Assembly: GCF_018350175.1 (NCBI RefSeq)
Contig: NC_058368.1
Coordinates: 92,692,001 to 92,756,000, forward strand
DNA length: 64,000 nucleotides
Reading direction: 5' to 3'
Source of the DNA: Felis catus
Lineage: Eukaryota
Positions 1 to 11,917 of the stretch are shown here, piece after piece; position 1 is the stretch's first letter; each line of letters starts with the position of its first letter. Made by a program: the position numbers and the translations under genes. The notes under the pieces were generated by a model. That model did not search any database and was not told the origin of the DNA. It worked only from the letters and a program-made list of their open reading frames with translations.

Positions 1-205
1 TTCAACGTTTATTTATTTTTGGGACAGAGAGAGACAGAGCATGAACGGGGGAGGGGCAGAGAGAGAGGGAGACACAGAATCGGAAACAGGCTCCAGGCTC
101 CGAGCCATCAGCCCAGAGCCTGACGCGGGGCTCAAACTCCCGGACCGCGAGATCGTGACCTGGCTGAAGTCGGACGCTTAACCGACTGCGCCACCCAGGC
201 GCCCC
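1..205 (-). mobile_element. Can-SINE, young felid subfamily (tail cut by window edge)
   Basis: Reverse complement begins GGGGCGCCTGGGTGGCGCAGTCGGTTAAGCGTCCGACTT (tRNA-derived head), then (CT)n and AATAAA; CpGs retained. Confidence 0.97.
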
Positions 206-926
206 AAGACATCGGGATTTTTACAGAAAATTTATGGTCATATAAAAATTTTAGGGCTACGTATGGTCTCCAGTCCTATTGATGGACCATTCCAGGCCAG
301 CTTAGCTCTGTCTACACCATGGACCTCAGATTTGCAGCCAGAGCTGCCTGGGTGTCCGTTGATGCTGTTTGTGGGGAAGAAAGCCCAGGCTTTCTTGCTT
401 CTGATGCATACATCTCTGGGTTCCCTGCCCCCCCCCCCATCCCGCACACAGTTCCAGGACTGTGTCCTGGACACAGGACAGTGTCCGCACACTGACAGGA
501 GCAATTTCAGGGGCTCTGCCTTCCTGGAGCTGCTGGAGGGGCCAGGGAACAATCCGGAGTGTGAGCATAGCGGAGTGCACTTCCACCAAAGAGAGAGAGG
601 AGAGGAAGAGCCCCAGATGAATGGCTTGCCTTTCTGCTCCTACCTGCAGACTATTCCAAGATGCGGGGGGTGGGGGGGTTGGGGTTGTACAACCTGTCCG
701 GGAACGGCGCGGAAGACCCCACAGCCAGCGTTGTCTGTGGTGAAGCCCTTGCCGGCTCGTATGTGCTCCCCTTTGGTTTCTGCCTCGCTCTTGCTTCTCT
801 GAGATTCCACCTCACCGATACCACCCCGAGGAGAAGAGTTGGAAAAGTGCCTCTTCACCTTTTGATGGTAGTGGATAAACTAGGGATTAGCCTCTCAAAA
901 ATACTTAGGCCAACATCTTTCCAATT

Positions 927-1170
927 CTTTCTTTTCTTTTATTCTTTTATTCTTTATTTTATTTTATTTTTTTTAATGTTTACTTATTTTGAGAGAGAGA
1001 GCGCATGAGCAGCAGAGGGGCAGAGAGAGAGGGAGAGAGAGAGAAGCCCAAGCAGCCTGCGTGCTGTCAGCACAGAGCCCCCGCGTGAGGCTCGAACTCA
1101 CGAATCGTAAGATCATAACCTGAGCTATAACCAAGAGTTGCAAGCTTAACCGACTGAGGCCCTCAGGCAC
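927..1170 (-). mobile_element. Can-SINE
   Basis: T-rich tail, (GA)n, GAGATCATGACCTGAG-like core, head remnant. Confidence 0.92.
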
Positions 1171-1363
1171 TGCTGAGTTTAGTACAACAGCAATCTGGTG
1201 AGGCTCTACTTCCTTAATGGTGTGTATATCTACCCCTTTTTCTTGATCCCCCTCTTGCCCCTCTGGTTCAGGCTGTCAGGATCTCTGACAATTATCTCCT
1301 AACTGCACTTCCTGCTGATCTCACCAGCTTCCCATCTCTGGGGCATCATGTCTCCACAGCCTC

Positions 1364-1587
1364 TTTTTTTTTTTTTTTTTTTTAAGTTTATTTATTTTTG
1401 AGAGAGAAAGAGATACAGCAAGCTGGGGAGGGGCAGAGAGAGAGGGAGACAGAGCGAGAATCCCAAGCAGGCTTTGTGCTGTCAGCACAGAGTCCAGCTC
1501 AGGGCCCGAACTCATGTACCTTGAGATCATGACCTGAACTGATACCAAGGATTGGAGGCTTAACCAACTGAGCCACCCAGGTGCCCC
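1364..1587 (-). mobile_element. Can-SINE
   Basis: polyT, core, ends CCCAGGTGCCCC; TSD-like AGCCTCTTTT/AGCCACCTTTT. Confidence 0.93.
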
Positions 1588-1760
1588 AAAGCCACCTTTT
1601 GCAATGGAGAAATGGTCATGCATGCAGCTGAAACCCTTCAGATAATCCCTGCGTGGGGTCTGTGCCAGCAGGCCCTGGTAGGTTCACTTCCATTACTTGC
1701 CAGACTTCTCTTGTATTGTTCAACCAGCCTGTTTCATGTTTCAGCTATGCTTTGCTATTT

Positions 1761-1984
1761 AAAAAAAATTTTTTTTTACTATTTATTTAAACATTAAATA
1801 AATGTTGGGGGGGGGTGATGGTAAGCAGAGGAGGGGTGGAGAGAGGGAGACGCAGAATCCGAAGCAGGCTCCAGGCTCTGAGTTGTTATTACAGAGCCTG
1901 ATGTGGGGCTCGAACTCGTGAATGGGGAGATCATGACCTGAGCTGACGTTGGACGCTTAACCAATTGAGCCACCTAGGCACCCC
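1761..1984 (-). mobile_element. Can-SINE
   Basis: Core motifs; TSD-like CTATTTAA on both sides. Confidence 0.92.
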
Positions 1985-2519
1985 TGTGCTTCTCTATTTA
2001 ATATTTTCTCAGTGAGCTATGCCTTTACCTGTGTGATTCTTGATCTTTCTTGTTTGTTTCCATCTGGGAATGTCCAGTCTTCCTTCAAGAGCTAGTGTAA
2101 GCATCCTCTAAAGAAATGCTGAGAGATTTTCCTGAGCTGTCTTTATTGTTGTTGAAGGAACACTTGTGTTCGAAATGATATTTTAGGGGAAACTGGAGGT
2201 AACTAAGAGACATTCCATGTCCACTCATGGTTAGTAAATAGAGGTCACAGATGGTGTTCAGCACCTAGGCTGCCTCTTTCGGAGGCCAGTGAGCTGTCTG
2301 ATGGGACCTCCACAGTTAACGTGGGGAGGTTCCCGCAGACCAGGAGCTGCTTCCGGTTTCTGCAGGTTCAGAAACTTGTATTTTGCCAGTGTCCTCAGTG
2401 ATTATTGATATCCTCTGAAAACTAATCAAACTCATGGTGCTGGAGCTGTAAACCCTACTGACACTGTTATCAGCTGTATTGGGCGACTCCAACTCCAGAG
2501 GACTGTGCTGCTACAAATA

Positions 2520-2790
2520 TGGGTCATTAAGAGAGACCGACCTGGGTTCATGTTCACTTAGTGTGTGATGTTGGGCAGGTGACCACACCTCTCTGTCACA
2601 TGTCACAGGTAGAATTGGGGAAGCGATACTTTTTATTACTGAGGAATATGAGGCATGGATATCCTGTTTTCTATTCCAGTCATTTGTACAGAAGTTAATT
2701 AAAATTTTCCAAGTTCAAGGAGCCGGTCAATGGTAGATCCAGGATTGAAACCCAAGCAGTTTGGCTCCAAAGTTTGTGTGCTTCATCCCC
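2520..2790. mobile_element. MIR fragments (two pieces, opposite orientation)
   Basis: GACCTGGGTTCA..TTGGGCAGGTGACCACACCTCTCTG and CAGGATTGAAACCCAAGCAGTTTGGCTCCAAAG resemble MIR core. Confidence 0.55.
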
Positions 2791-2928
2791 CGTTCTAAAA
2801 TATTTTCTTAAAGTTGACCACTTTTTTTTGTTGTTGTTCTGTTTAACATGAGATTCATGCAAAGTAATGATTTTTGTGAAATCTTGGGATTGGATGTATT
2901 AGCCTTTACATACACATGTATGTGTGTC

Positions 2929-3610
2929 TGTATTAGATTATAGAAGTAAAGCTAATTAGCTGAGACAGTAGAATCCACTCCAGCTAGTTTAAACAGGAAG
3001 AATTTTTATTAAAGGGTGTTTGAAAGCTCCCAGGATTTCCAGAAGGCCCAGAGAACTCACCTTGGGAACGATAATCCAGGAATCCTGGCAGCTAGGAAGT
3101 ACATAACCAGGAAAAATAGCCTCAAACATGAACCCTGCTTTTGGCAAGAACATCATCGCTCCGTTATAGCTGCCACAGAGGACCTTCACCACCTCCAGAC
3201 TTGTCAGGAAATCTGAACTCCCACTCTGGGGCACTGGATCACACTGTTTATTCCCACATTGAAATTAAAAAAAAATTTTTTTTTATATTTTAGAGGGAGG
3301 GGGAGAAGAGAGAGCGCGCGAGCAGGGGAGAGGCAGAGAGAGAGGGGGACAGAGAATCTGAAGCAGGCTCTGTGCTGACAGCAGAGAGCCTGATGTGGGA
3401 CTCGAACTCAAGAATAGCGAGATCATGACCTGAGCCGAAGCGGGGGTGCTTAATTCACTCAGCCACCCCAGCACCCCTCCCCCACTGAAATTTTGTGAAG
3501 GCGTGTCTCTGCAAACACATAGGTCACCTGCTTGCACCATAGCTGCAGGGGATTCCAGGAATGCTGTTTTAGTTTTCCAACCTCTGCAGTTAAGAAGGCA
3601 ACTTCCAGGG
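2929..3610. mobile_element. Old MaLR (MLT1-type) LTR relic interrupted by a SINE
   Basis: TGTATTAG start, CCACTCCAGCTAGTTTAAACAGGAAG, TAGCTGCAGGGGA..CCAGGAATG motifs typical of MLT1 LTRs. Confidence 0.5.
3265..3477 (-). mobile_element. Can-SINE
   Basis: Core motifs; TSD-like CCCACATTGAAATT/CCCACTGAAATT. Confidence 0.93.
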
Positions 3611-3889
3611 GCCTGAAATAGAGGTGAAGTCAAAATACCGTGTCTGCTGCCACACCCATGAACCTCAACCAAACCGCATTGATGTATTGCCTGCCATCTT
3701 CGTATGCGTAGAGTCTATGTCACGTTTGGGGAAAGAGAGCGTGAATGTTTCTATGGTGCCGGTATGGAAAGCACTCAGTAGGTGGTGGGATGGACATTAG
3801 TGCTGCTCTTCCCTTTGACTTAGAGCATCTTCCGAGGGCAGCATTCAGAGGATACTATCAGGTTCTCCTTCTAGTCACACTCCTAAGCG

Positions 3890-4360
3890 ACCCCCTAGGA
3901 GGTAGAATGTGAAGCATGTGAGTTTCAGAGCCAAACTGCTTGGGTTTCCATCCTGGATCTACCATTGACCAGCTCCTTGTACTTGGAAAATTTAGTTAAC
4001 TTCTCTGTGCCTCAGTTTACTCATCTGTATCATGGAGGTAATGGTACCTACCTCATACGGTAGCCATGAAGATCAGTAAGTTAGTATTTTATTTTATTTT
4101 TTAGATTTTTATTTTAAAGAGAACATGTGCAAGTGGGAGAGAGGGGCAGGGGGAGAGAGAGAGAGATCCCAAGCAAGATCCATGCTCAGCGTGGAGCCCG
4201 ACATGGAGCTTGATCCCACGACCCTGGGATCATGACCTGAGCCCAAATCAAGAGTCGGACGCTCAGCCAATTGAGCCACCCAAGCTCTAAGATAAGTTAG
4301 TATTTTTAAAGTTTTAAAAACAGTGCTTGAAAAGTAAGTGCTATATAAATGTTTGTTACA
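3890..4360 (+). mobile_element. MIR split by a Can-SINE
   Basis: TTAACTTCTCTGTGCCTCAGTTTACTCATCTGTA..GTACCTACCTCATA; 3' part resumes after 4288. Confidence 0.8.
4087..4288 (-). mobile_element. Can-SINE
   Basis: Core motifs; TSD TAAGTTAGTATTTT. Confidence 0.92.
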
Positions 4361-4558
4361 TAAATTGTGTGGTGCTGGGAATGTCTATTTTCAGATAATA
4401 TTTACATTTCTGCTTTTATCCACTGCCTGATATCTTATAAGCTATAAGATTGTGCATGGTGAGCATTGTTTATTCAGAGTGACTTTTCTGTGATTACTTA
4501 TGAATAGGAGGCAACTTTTGTAGTTTATATGGACTGGCCCTCTGACATACCATATATG

Positions 4559-4564
<6 letters not shown>

Positions 4565-4611
<47 letters not shown>

Positions 4612-4632
4612 TATATACATTATATATATATA
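4565..4632. repeat. (TA)n microsatellite
   Basis: About 21 perfect TA units plus degenerate flank. Confidence 0.97.
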
Positions 4633-5040
4633 ATATAAAATCCAAGGCTGTTGTGATGGCTTCTCTGCTCCCTCAGCCAGTGTCATCTTCTCTCTCTTTT
4701 TTTTTTTTTTTTGCTCTGGGTAGCAATTACCTTACTAGAATATTCCCATCAGTTAAGCCCAGGAGGTTTGAAGAGAACAGCATTCCCCCTGCTATAGAAC
4801 CAAGGATAAGCATGTGGGTTGTTGTTAATTGGCTTGATGATGTTGCCTTTCATTTATTTGCAAATTTTCTTTACCTTGGAGTAACTTCTCATATGCCTGT
4901 CCTATTGATACATTCATTCTCTCCTTATAAGTCTGTATTCCAGACTTTCTGCTGATTGTTGATTTAGCATAGATTTCTTTGATAGGTCTTGATAGTATTT
5001 TTGTTGTTCTAAGTTACTGTTACAATAATAACCTTTTTTA

Positions 5041-5236
5041 GGGGTACCTGGGTAGCTCAGTTGTTTGAGTGTCTGACTTCAGCTCAGGTCATGATCCCAT
5101 GGTTCGTGAGTTTGAGCCCCACATTGGGCTCTCTGCTGTCAGTGCAGAGTCTGCTTCAGATCCTCTGTCTACCCGCCCCTGTTCTCTCTCTGCCCTTCCT
5201 TGCAATCTCTCTCAAAAATAAACATTAAAAAAAAAT
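5041..5236 (+). mobile_element. Can-SINE
   Basis: GGGGTACCTGGGTAGCTCAG head, AATAAA plus A tail; TSD AATAACCTTTTTT. Confidence 0.94.
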
Positions 5237-5434
5237 AACCTTTTTTGAACCTGGTTCAGTGTGGATTCAAAAGAACCTTTCCTTTTATAATCCCACACAC
5301 TTGAATAACACCCAGTATCCAAAGTTTCTGCCTAAGCTTACTTTGCTCTCTGTCCATGACCATTGTCTCCTCCCTGCAAAGAAATGCGTGTCAGCAGAAA
5401 ATCACATTTAAGACTGTTTACTGCTAACATTTAT

Positions 5435-5555
5435 CTTCGAGACTCTTTGAAAGCAGGTCTAAGATCTGTTAATCATTGTGTTCTCATTGTCTGGTACAGT
5501 GCCTGACCCACACTTGATGTTCAGTAACTATTAATAACTAGTAAATTGAATGGTA
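5435..5555 (+). mobile_element. L2 3' end fragment
   Basis: GGTACAGTGCCTGACCCACACTTGATGTTCAGTAACTATT resembles L2 terminus. Confidence 0.55.
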
Positions 5556-5925
5556 AATACAGATAAAGCTATTTCAGGGAAAAAAAGAAAGCAGTATTGA
5601 ATGTCTACCTCCATGATGAAAAATAAGCTACACTTAACACTTGCTTATGCAAACAGTTAAAAAATCAGTAGACAAAATACAGTTCCCTCACTTGGTCCAC
5701 AATAACGTGGGGTTTCACTTGAATATGGTCTGGGGGTGAGTGGGAAATAATTTTCCTTCTGATTTCTCAAGAGGGGGTCCTAGGGATAATAATATCTACA
5801 ACTTCCAGAATTTTGCCTGAGACTTATTGGAGCTTCTATTTTTTTTTTTTTTTTTTTTTTTTTAGGAAAAACTATTAAACTTCCTAGTTGATGTTTGTCT
5901 TCTGTGAGGGTCTAAGAAGGGCACT

Positions 5926-7130
5926 TTCATTGAGATAGAAGTGACATAGGACATTAGTTTCAGGTGTACAACCTGGTGATTTGCTATTTGTACATATTAT
6001 AAAATGATCACTGGTTAAATCTAGTTAACATCTGTCACCACACGGTTACAAATTTTTCTCACATTGAGAACTTAGCATATCTACTCTCTCAGCAACTTTC
6101 AAGTCTACAATACAGTATTATTATTATTATTATTTTAATGTTTATTTTTTATTTTTGAGACAGAGAGAGACAGAGCATGAACGGGTGAGGGTCAGAGAGA
6201 GAGGGAGATACAGAATTGGAAACAGGCTCCAGGCTCTGAGCTGTCAGCAGAGAGCCCAACGTGGGGCTCAAACCCACAGACCTGATCATGACCTGAGCCG
6301 AAGTCGGACGCTTAACCGACTGAGCCACCCAGGTGCCCCTACAATACAGTATTATTAACTGTAGTTGCCGTGTTGTACATGACATCCCCGTGACTTATTT
6401 TATAACTGAAAATTTGTACCTGTGACCTTTCTCCCCTGTTTTGCCCTCACTGTACCCTGGCCTCTGGCAATCACTAGTCTGTTCTCTGTATTGGAGTTTA
6501 GGTTTTTGTGTTTTTTTTTGATGTGTGTGTGGGTGTTGGTTTTCTCTCTTTTTTATTCCACTTGTGAGGTCATATAGTATTGTCTTTTTCTGTCTGATTT
6601 ATTTCACTTAGCAAAATGCCTTCAAGGTTCATCTGTGTTGTCACAAATGGTAAGATTCCTTTCCTTTTTATGGTGAAAAAATATTCCATTTTGTGTGTGT
6701 GTGTGTGTGTCTGTCTGTCTGTCTGTCTCCAATGATGGACACCTACTTGTTTCTGTGTCTTGCCTATTGTAAATAATGCTGCAGTGAACCTTGGTTTGCA
6801 AGTGTCTTTTGAAGTTCGTGTTTTAGCTTCCTTTGGATAAATACTCAGAGGTAGAATTGCGGGATCGTATGGTAATTCTATTTGAGGAACCTCCATACTG
6901 TTTTCCAGAGTGGCTGCATGGGTTTGCATTCCCAGCAACAGTGCGTGGGCTTTCCCCTTTCTCCACATCCTCCCCAGCACCTATTGTTTCTTGTGTTGTT
7001 ATTGTAGCCCTCGTGGCAGGTGTGAGGTCATCACGTCTCATTGTGGTTTTCATTTGCATTTCCCCGATGATTAATAATGAGCACATTTTCACATACCTGT
7101 GGGCCATCTGCAGGGCTTTGGAAAAATGTA
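5926..7130 (-). mobile_element. 5'-truncated LINE-1 (3' UTR plus end of ORF2), SINE nested
   Basis: ORF 6570..6980(-) contains [36 protein letters not shown], the L1 ORF2 C-terminus; ATTAGTTTCAGGTGTACAAC 3' UTR. Confidence 0.93.
6120..6339 (-). mobile_element. Can-SINE inside L1
   Basis: Full element; TSD TACAATACAGTATTATTA. Confidence 0.96.
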
Positions 7131-7281
7131 AGGATTTTAAACTGATTAGCAAAACTAGGTAAAATTCATTTGCTCTGAACTTCTGAGTTAATGGCATCTG
7201 CCTTGAGAATAGGCACACTCCACTAAAATCTTTCTTAATGTATTGTATACAATCTCATCAATAGAGTTAATCTTGCACACA

Positions 7282-7350
7282 TTTTATTTATAAATAAATA
7301 AATAATGTTTATTCATTTTTGAGAGGGAGACAGAGCGTGGGCGGGGGAGG

Positions 7351-7392
<42 letters not shown>

Positions 7393-7536
7393 CAGACAGA
7401 GAGAGACAGTCCGAAGCAGGCTCTAGGCTCTGAGCTGTTAGCACAGAGCCCAACACAGGGCTCAAACCCACAAACTATGAGATCATGACCTGAGCCTAAC
7501 TCTGACGCTTAACCGACTGAACCACCCAGGTGCCCC
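7282..7536 (-). mobile_element. Can-SINE with expanded (GA)n
   Basis: Core motifs, ends CCCAGGTGCCCC. Confidence 0.94.
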
Positions 7537-8916
7537 TCACATGAATTTTAAAGGCTGTGATGTCTGTGAGGGCGGGGAATCTAAAGGTAGCCTATTAAAA
7601 TGAAAATGTCCACAAGGGCACAAATACCATGAGTTGTCAAAAAAAAAAAACAACCAAAAACCAAAAAACAACAAACAAAGCAAAACAAAAAAACCAATGC
7701 AACAACAAGAAAATCCTCCCAAGGCCTACAGTTAAATAGAGCAGAAAACCCAGAAAAGCATTTGAAATGACAGATGGACCAGAGGCTAAAAGTGGACTTG
7801 AATTGTTTCAACGTGTAGAGGACCAGCCTTTGTGGATTTTAAAAGAAAAAACTTTAGGGGCAATGACACTAGCCCATGTTTTCAGCCTGGCTTCCTGATG
7901 CCCCAGCTCTGGGTGGTGAAGCAAAGCCTTCCTTTGAAGTATAAGCTGAGTGAGAGGCTGGTTCTGTGTAAGAGGAAATTGATTCGGGGCTTTTTTTTTC
8001 AACTGCCCAAAGAAATTAATGTCCTCAGAAGGAGCTTGAGGACACTGTCAGAATTAAAAATAACTTGGTGACACTTCAATAATAAAAAGAAGAAAGTCCG
8101 TCGCTCTGAAACCTTCTTCAGAGGACACAGACTCTGGAAATTAAAAGTGATTCCAGTGGCGGTGGTCTAAAATGCAAAATTCACCTTAATTTTGGAAATG
8201 AAGTACTTGAGCTTTATTTCTCGCCAACGCGGCTGGGTTACATCCCACTGAATGGAAAGATACAAGGCACGAAGGCAGGTTCGTTTCTGCCCTTCTCCCT
8301 GCCCTCCCTCTTTCCTGTCTTCTGGCATCTAAACTCTTAGCGCAATGCCTCGTACACAGTTAATTGGTAAGAAATCTGAATTTAACAAGTATCAGATGAG
8401 GCTGCTATAATGCTCAGTTGACTTGCCAAACACAGATTGGAGATAGGAAGACAGGGCAGCGGATGGTCTGTGCACTTCAGAGACTTAAACATTCCCACTG
8501 GCCTCCATGACTCCTGAATTTCTTAAAGGTGCATTGAGTGAGTTGCCTGAAGGCATGAGCTCAGAGGGTGTGCTCTCAGAAGGGCAATAATAATAGGAAA
8601 TACCGAAGCTGGACCTTGCACTTTGGGCCAGTCCTACCGGTGAAGTGAGGCTGACAACTTGCAAAGAGAATTTCCCATTCCTCTCTGACCTGCAAGCTCA
8701 CGCGTTTCATTTCTCATTGAAATTTTACTAGAAAACCTGCGGCTGAGTAAAACGCAAGAATAATTCCATCTATTTACTTATGGACTTGGGGATGAAAATA
8801 AGGTCACCTTGACGGGCACAGATCTGGATTTGTCTATGTGATAGGTTGTGTGAGTGGCCACAAATTCTTTCACTGCTTGCACTTCCTGTACTTAAAATGT
8901 GACATTAAAGATGCTC

Positions 8917-9059
8917 TTTTTTAAAAAAAATGTTTTATTTATTTTTGAGAGGCAGTGTGAGTGGGCAGAGAGAGAGGGGGACAGGGGATGTGACCAAAAT
9001 GGGAGATCATGACCTGAACTGAAGTCGGGCGCTTGGCCCACTGAGCCACCCAGACGCCC
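8917..9059 (-). mobile_element. Can-SINE, internally deleted
   Basis: Tail and head present, middle segment missing. Confidence 0.85.
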
Positions 9060-9952
9060 TGCCCTTTTCAGTCTCGATCATGCTCCTTGAATGGCCCTTT
9101 CATCTGAGAAGTGCTCTGGAGATGGAGCTATGGCTGAAACAAGCTTGCTCTGTGGTGTCTGGAGCCCTAAGCATCTTCTCCTAGCAAGCAGGTCACGTGC
9201 AGTTGGCATGGTGTGCTGGGGAAACTTCCACCACTACCACTCAGGGAGTCTGCCTTAGCTCAGACGCTGATTCCACACCGGAGCATACTTGGTGTGTATG
9301 GGGGACCCCAGAACCACCCGAATGTGACTGGCACCTCATGAGGCAGTGAGGCTCAGTGTGGCAGAGAGGCCTAGAGTGCAGACAGCCATGGTTGCCCCTC
9401 CGGATCCTATATCAGGAAGGGGGGTGGTATATACCTTAGGGGCGATGGGGCAAATAGGATTCAAGGCCCTAAAACTGCTGGGGTATTCATGTCCTAGGAT
9501 CACAAGGCAGAGGGCCCTGCTTGGGGTCCTGAGGGCCTGTAGCTCTGCTTTCTCGCACATTCCTGTCAGGTGACAGGTGGCCATCTTGAAGCATTCTCTT
9601 CCTTTTTACCTTCAGGATGATCATTGTAACTGGTTTTCATTTGCAATGCTTGGGACACTGAAGGAGGGTTGTGGTTAAAGCCACCGCGAGAGCAGAAAAG
9701 ATCCATGTTGTCTGGGAGGCAAAGCCCACCCAGCGCTGGAGCAGGGGGCCATCTCTTTGAGGCATCATCGGAAAAGTACTGCCAGGCACAAAGCAGGAGT
9801 GGGAATAGGTGAATGTGTCTCAGCTCCAAATAGCAGGAGGCCCCCCCCCCCCGCCCCCCGTACCAGAGGATGAGAGAAGGGGTTTGCAGAAGGCCAGCGC
9901 TGTCTTCGTCGGTTACTTTGTGTCCTTGGAAGCAGAGATTGGGAGAGGCTTT

Positions 9953-10159
9953 CTTTTTTACAAATTTTTTTAATGTTTGTTTTTGATACAGCATGAGTGG
10001 GGGAGGGGCAGAAAGCGAGGGGGGACACAGAATCCGAAGCAGGCTCCAGGCTCTGAGCTGTCAGCACAGAGCCCGATGTGGGGCTTGAACTCCTGAACCC
10101 TGAGATCGTGACCTGAACTGAAGTTTGATACTTAATTGACTGAGCCACTCACGTGCCCC
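9953..10159 (-). mobile_element. Can-SINE
   Basis: Core motifs; TSD-like GGGAGAG..TTTCTTT. Confidence 0.93.
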
Positions 10160-10195
10160 GGGAGAGTTTCTTTACTCATACATATGAATTTGTCA

Positions 10196-10258
10196 TATCT
10201 ATTTATCTATCTATCTATACACACACACACACAGATATATATATATATATGTATATAC
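10196..10258. repeat. Compound microsatellite (ATCT)n(CA)n(TA)n
   Basis: Directly visible. Confidence 0.9.
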
Positions 10259-10478
10259 TTTTTCTTTTTTTTGAGAGAAAGAGCACAAGTGGGGGGGGGA
10301 GGGGCAGAGAGAGAGGGAGGGAGGGAGGGAGGAAGGGAAGGAGAGGGAGAATCCCAAGCAGGCTCTGCGTTGTTAGGACAGAGCCTGATGTGGGACTCCA
10401 ACCGATGAACTGTGAGATCATGACCTGAGCTGAAACCAAGAGTCAGATGTTCAACCGACTGAACCACCCAGGTGCCCC
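10259..10478 (-). mobile_element. Can-SINE
   Basis: Core motifs, (GGGA)n. Confidence 0.93.
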
Positions 10479-10484
10479 ATTGTC

Positions 10485-10729
10485 TTTGGTATATTTTATG
10501 TATGTATGCATGTATTTATTTAAAATGTTTATTTTTGAGAGAGAGAGAGAGACGTAGAGCATGAGTGGAGGAGGGGCAGAGAGAGAGGGAGACACAGAAT
10601 CCCAAGTGGGCTCAGTGCTGTTCACATGGACCCTGACGCTGGGCTCTATTAATACCATGACTGTGAGGTCATGACCTGAGCCAAAATCAAGAGGTGGACG
10701 ATCAACCAACTGAGCCACCCAGACGCCCC
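10485..10729 (-). mobile_element. Can-SINE
   Basis: Core motifs, ends CCCAGACGCCCC. Confidence 0.92.
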
Positions 10730-10734
10730 AATGG

Positions 10735-10832
10735 CTCAATATTTCTAAATATTACTCAGTGCTCATCACGACAAGTGCTCACCTACTTCAGCCATCCCTC
10801 CCCACCCACCTCCCTTCTGATAACCATCAGTC
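10735..10832 (-). mobile_element. Short carnivore L1 3' UTR fragment
   Basis: CAGTGCTCATCACGACAAGTG..TGATAACCATCAGT matches the L1 3' UTR seen at 32085 and 56640. Confidence 0.65.
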
Positions 10833-11884
10833 TGGGCATATTCTTTTATCTGTGTTATTGGTTTCATAATACTGCCTCTAGTAAGACACACGTTCCTCGA
10901 GGAAAATGATCAGTATGGTTACAGTACAGATCTGAGGGGACCCTCCCTGTACACATGTAGCCCAGAAAACTCAGGGCAGTCTGGTCACAACATTTCAGTT
11001 TCAAGCTTCTGACGGGTATTAAAACATGATTAAAAGGGATTTAGAAAAAAATAATGAAAAGTACCTTAAGGGTCTCACTCCAAATTGGAAACCCAAACTG
11101 AGAATTACATCAATGATTTAAGGTAATTTAGAGTATGGAACACATGGCCCTACAGAGCAATGACCTTGGTGGTGGATCGAGAATGTGGGGCTGACGACTC
11201 CTGTGCTGTTGGCCTGCAAACTTGTGGAGTTTGGGTTCTTGGCTGGATTTCCTTTCCTTGTATCTTAATTCTTGTATTTGCTATGCATTCACTGCCTCTA
11301 TTGGGTCATCACTGAACTAGGCTCTAGAAGTCTGAAGAGTGAAGACATAGTCCAGGCTCCCTTCCCCATACCCTGCACCTTGTCCTCGTCGGGACAAATG
11401 ATGAGCAGGGCACCAGACAGTTGTGCACATCCTCTGAAAACTAAGTAGAAGGAGGGATCAATTTCCACAGGGATAAGATTTTACAGAGGAGCGGGTGATT
11501 GAGCCTTACAGGCTGTTAGAAGGTGGAGAGGGATATAGAGAGTGTTTGGAAGCTTAGAGGAATATTTAGAAAGTGGTTTGCTTTCTGCTGTGGTTGAAGC
11601 ATAGGTGTGTAGGGGAAGGGACCCATGGCAGAAGGTGTCCCACAGAAATGGAGAGTTAGACCATATTGCTAAGGGTGTGGGATTTCAGATCGGGATTATG
11701 GACTTGATACCCCAAGCTTGGTTACCTCTGTCTGCAAAGCACCTGCTGACATCACACACGGAGAGGGTATTAATTAGAATTATTAGTGAGAAAGAATGTG
11801 TCACTGTTTGTATATGTCTATCAACCTTATGACCCTACATCAGAAATTCACTTGGTAAAAATAAAAAAAAAATAAAAAAGTGGA

Positions 11885-11917
11885 AATATCTGGGTGGCTC
11901 ATTCAGATTAAGTGTCT
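11885..11917 (+). mobile_element. Can-SINE head (left half, interrupted by L1)
   Basis: TGGGTGGCTCATTCAGATTAAGTGTC; continues at 13989. Confidence 0.7.

Noticed and set aside
263..802. 179-aa ORF and overlapping ORFs
   Set aside because: GC-rich stretch open in several frames on both strands, runs through C/G homopolymers, no recognisable protein.
4381..4464. Possible 64-nt exon (TTTTCAG..ATG/GTGAGC)
   Set aside because: Stops in all three frames; splice-like motifs are common by chance. A non-coding exon cannot be excluded.
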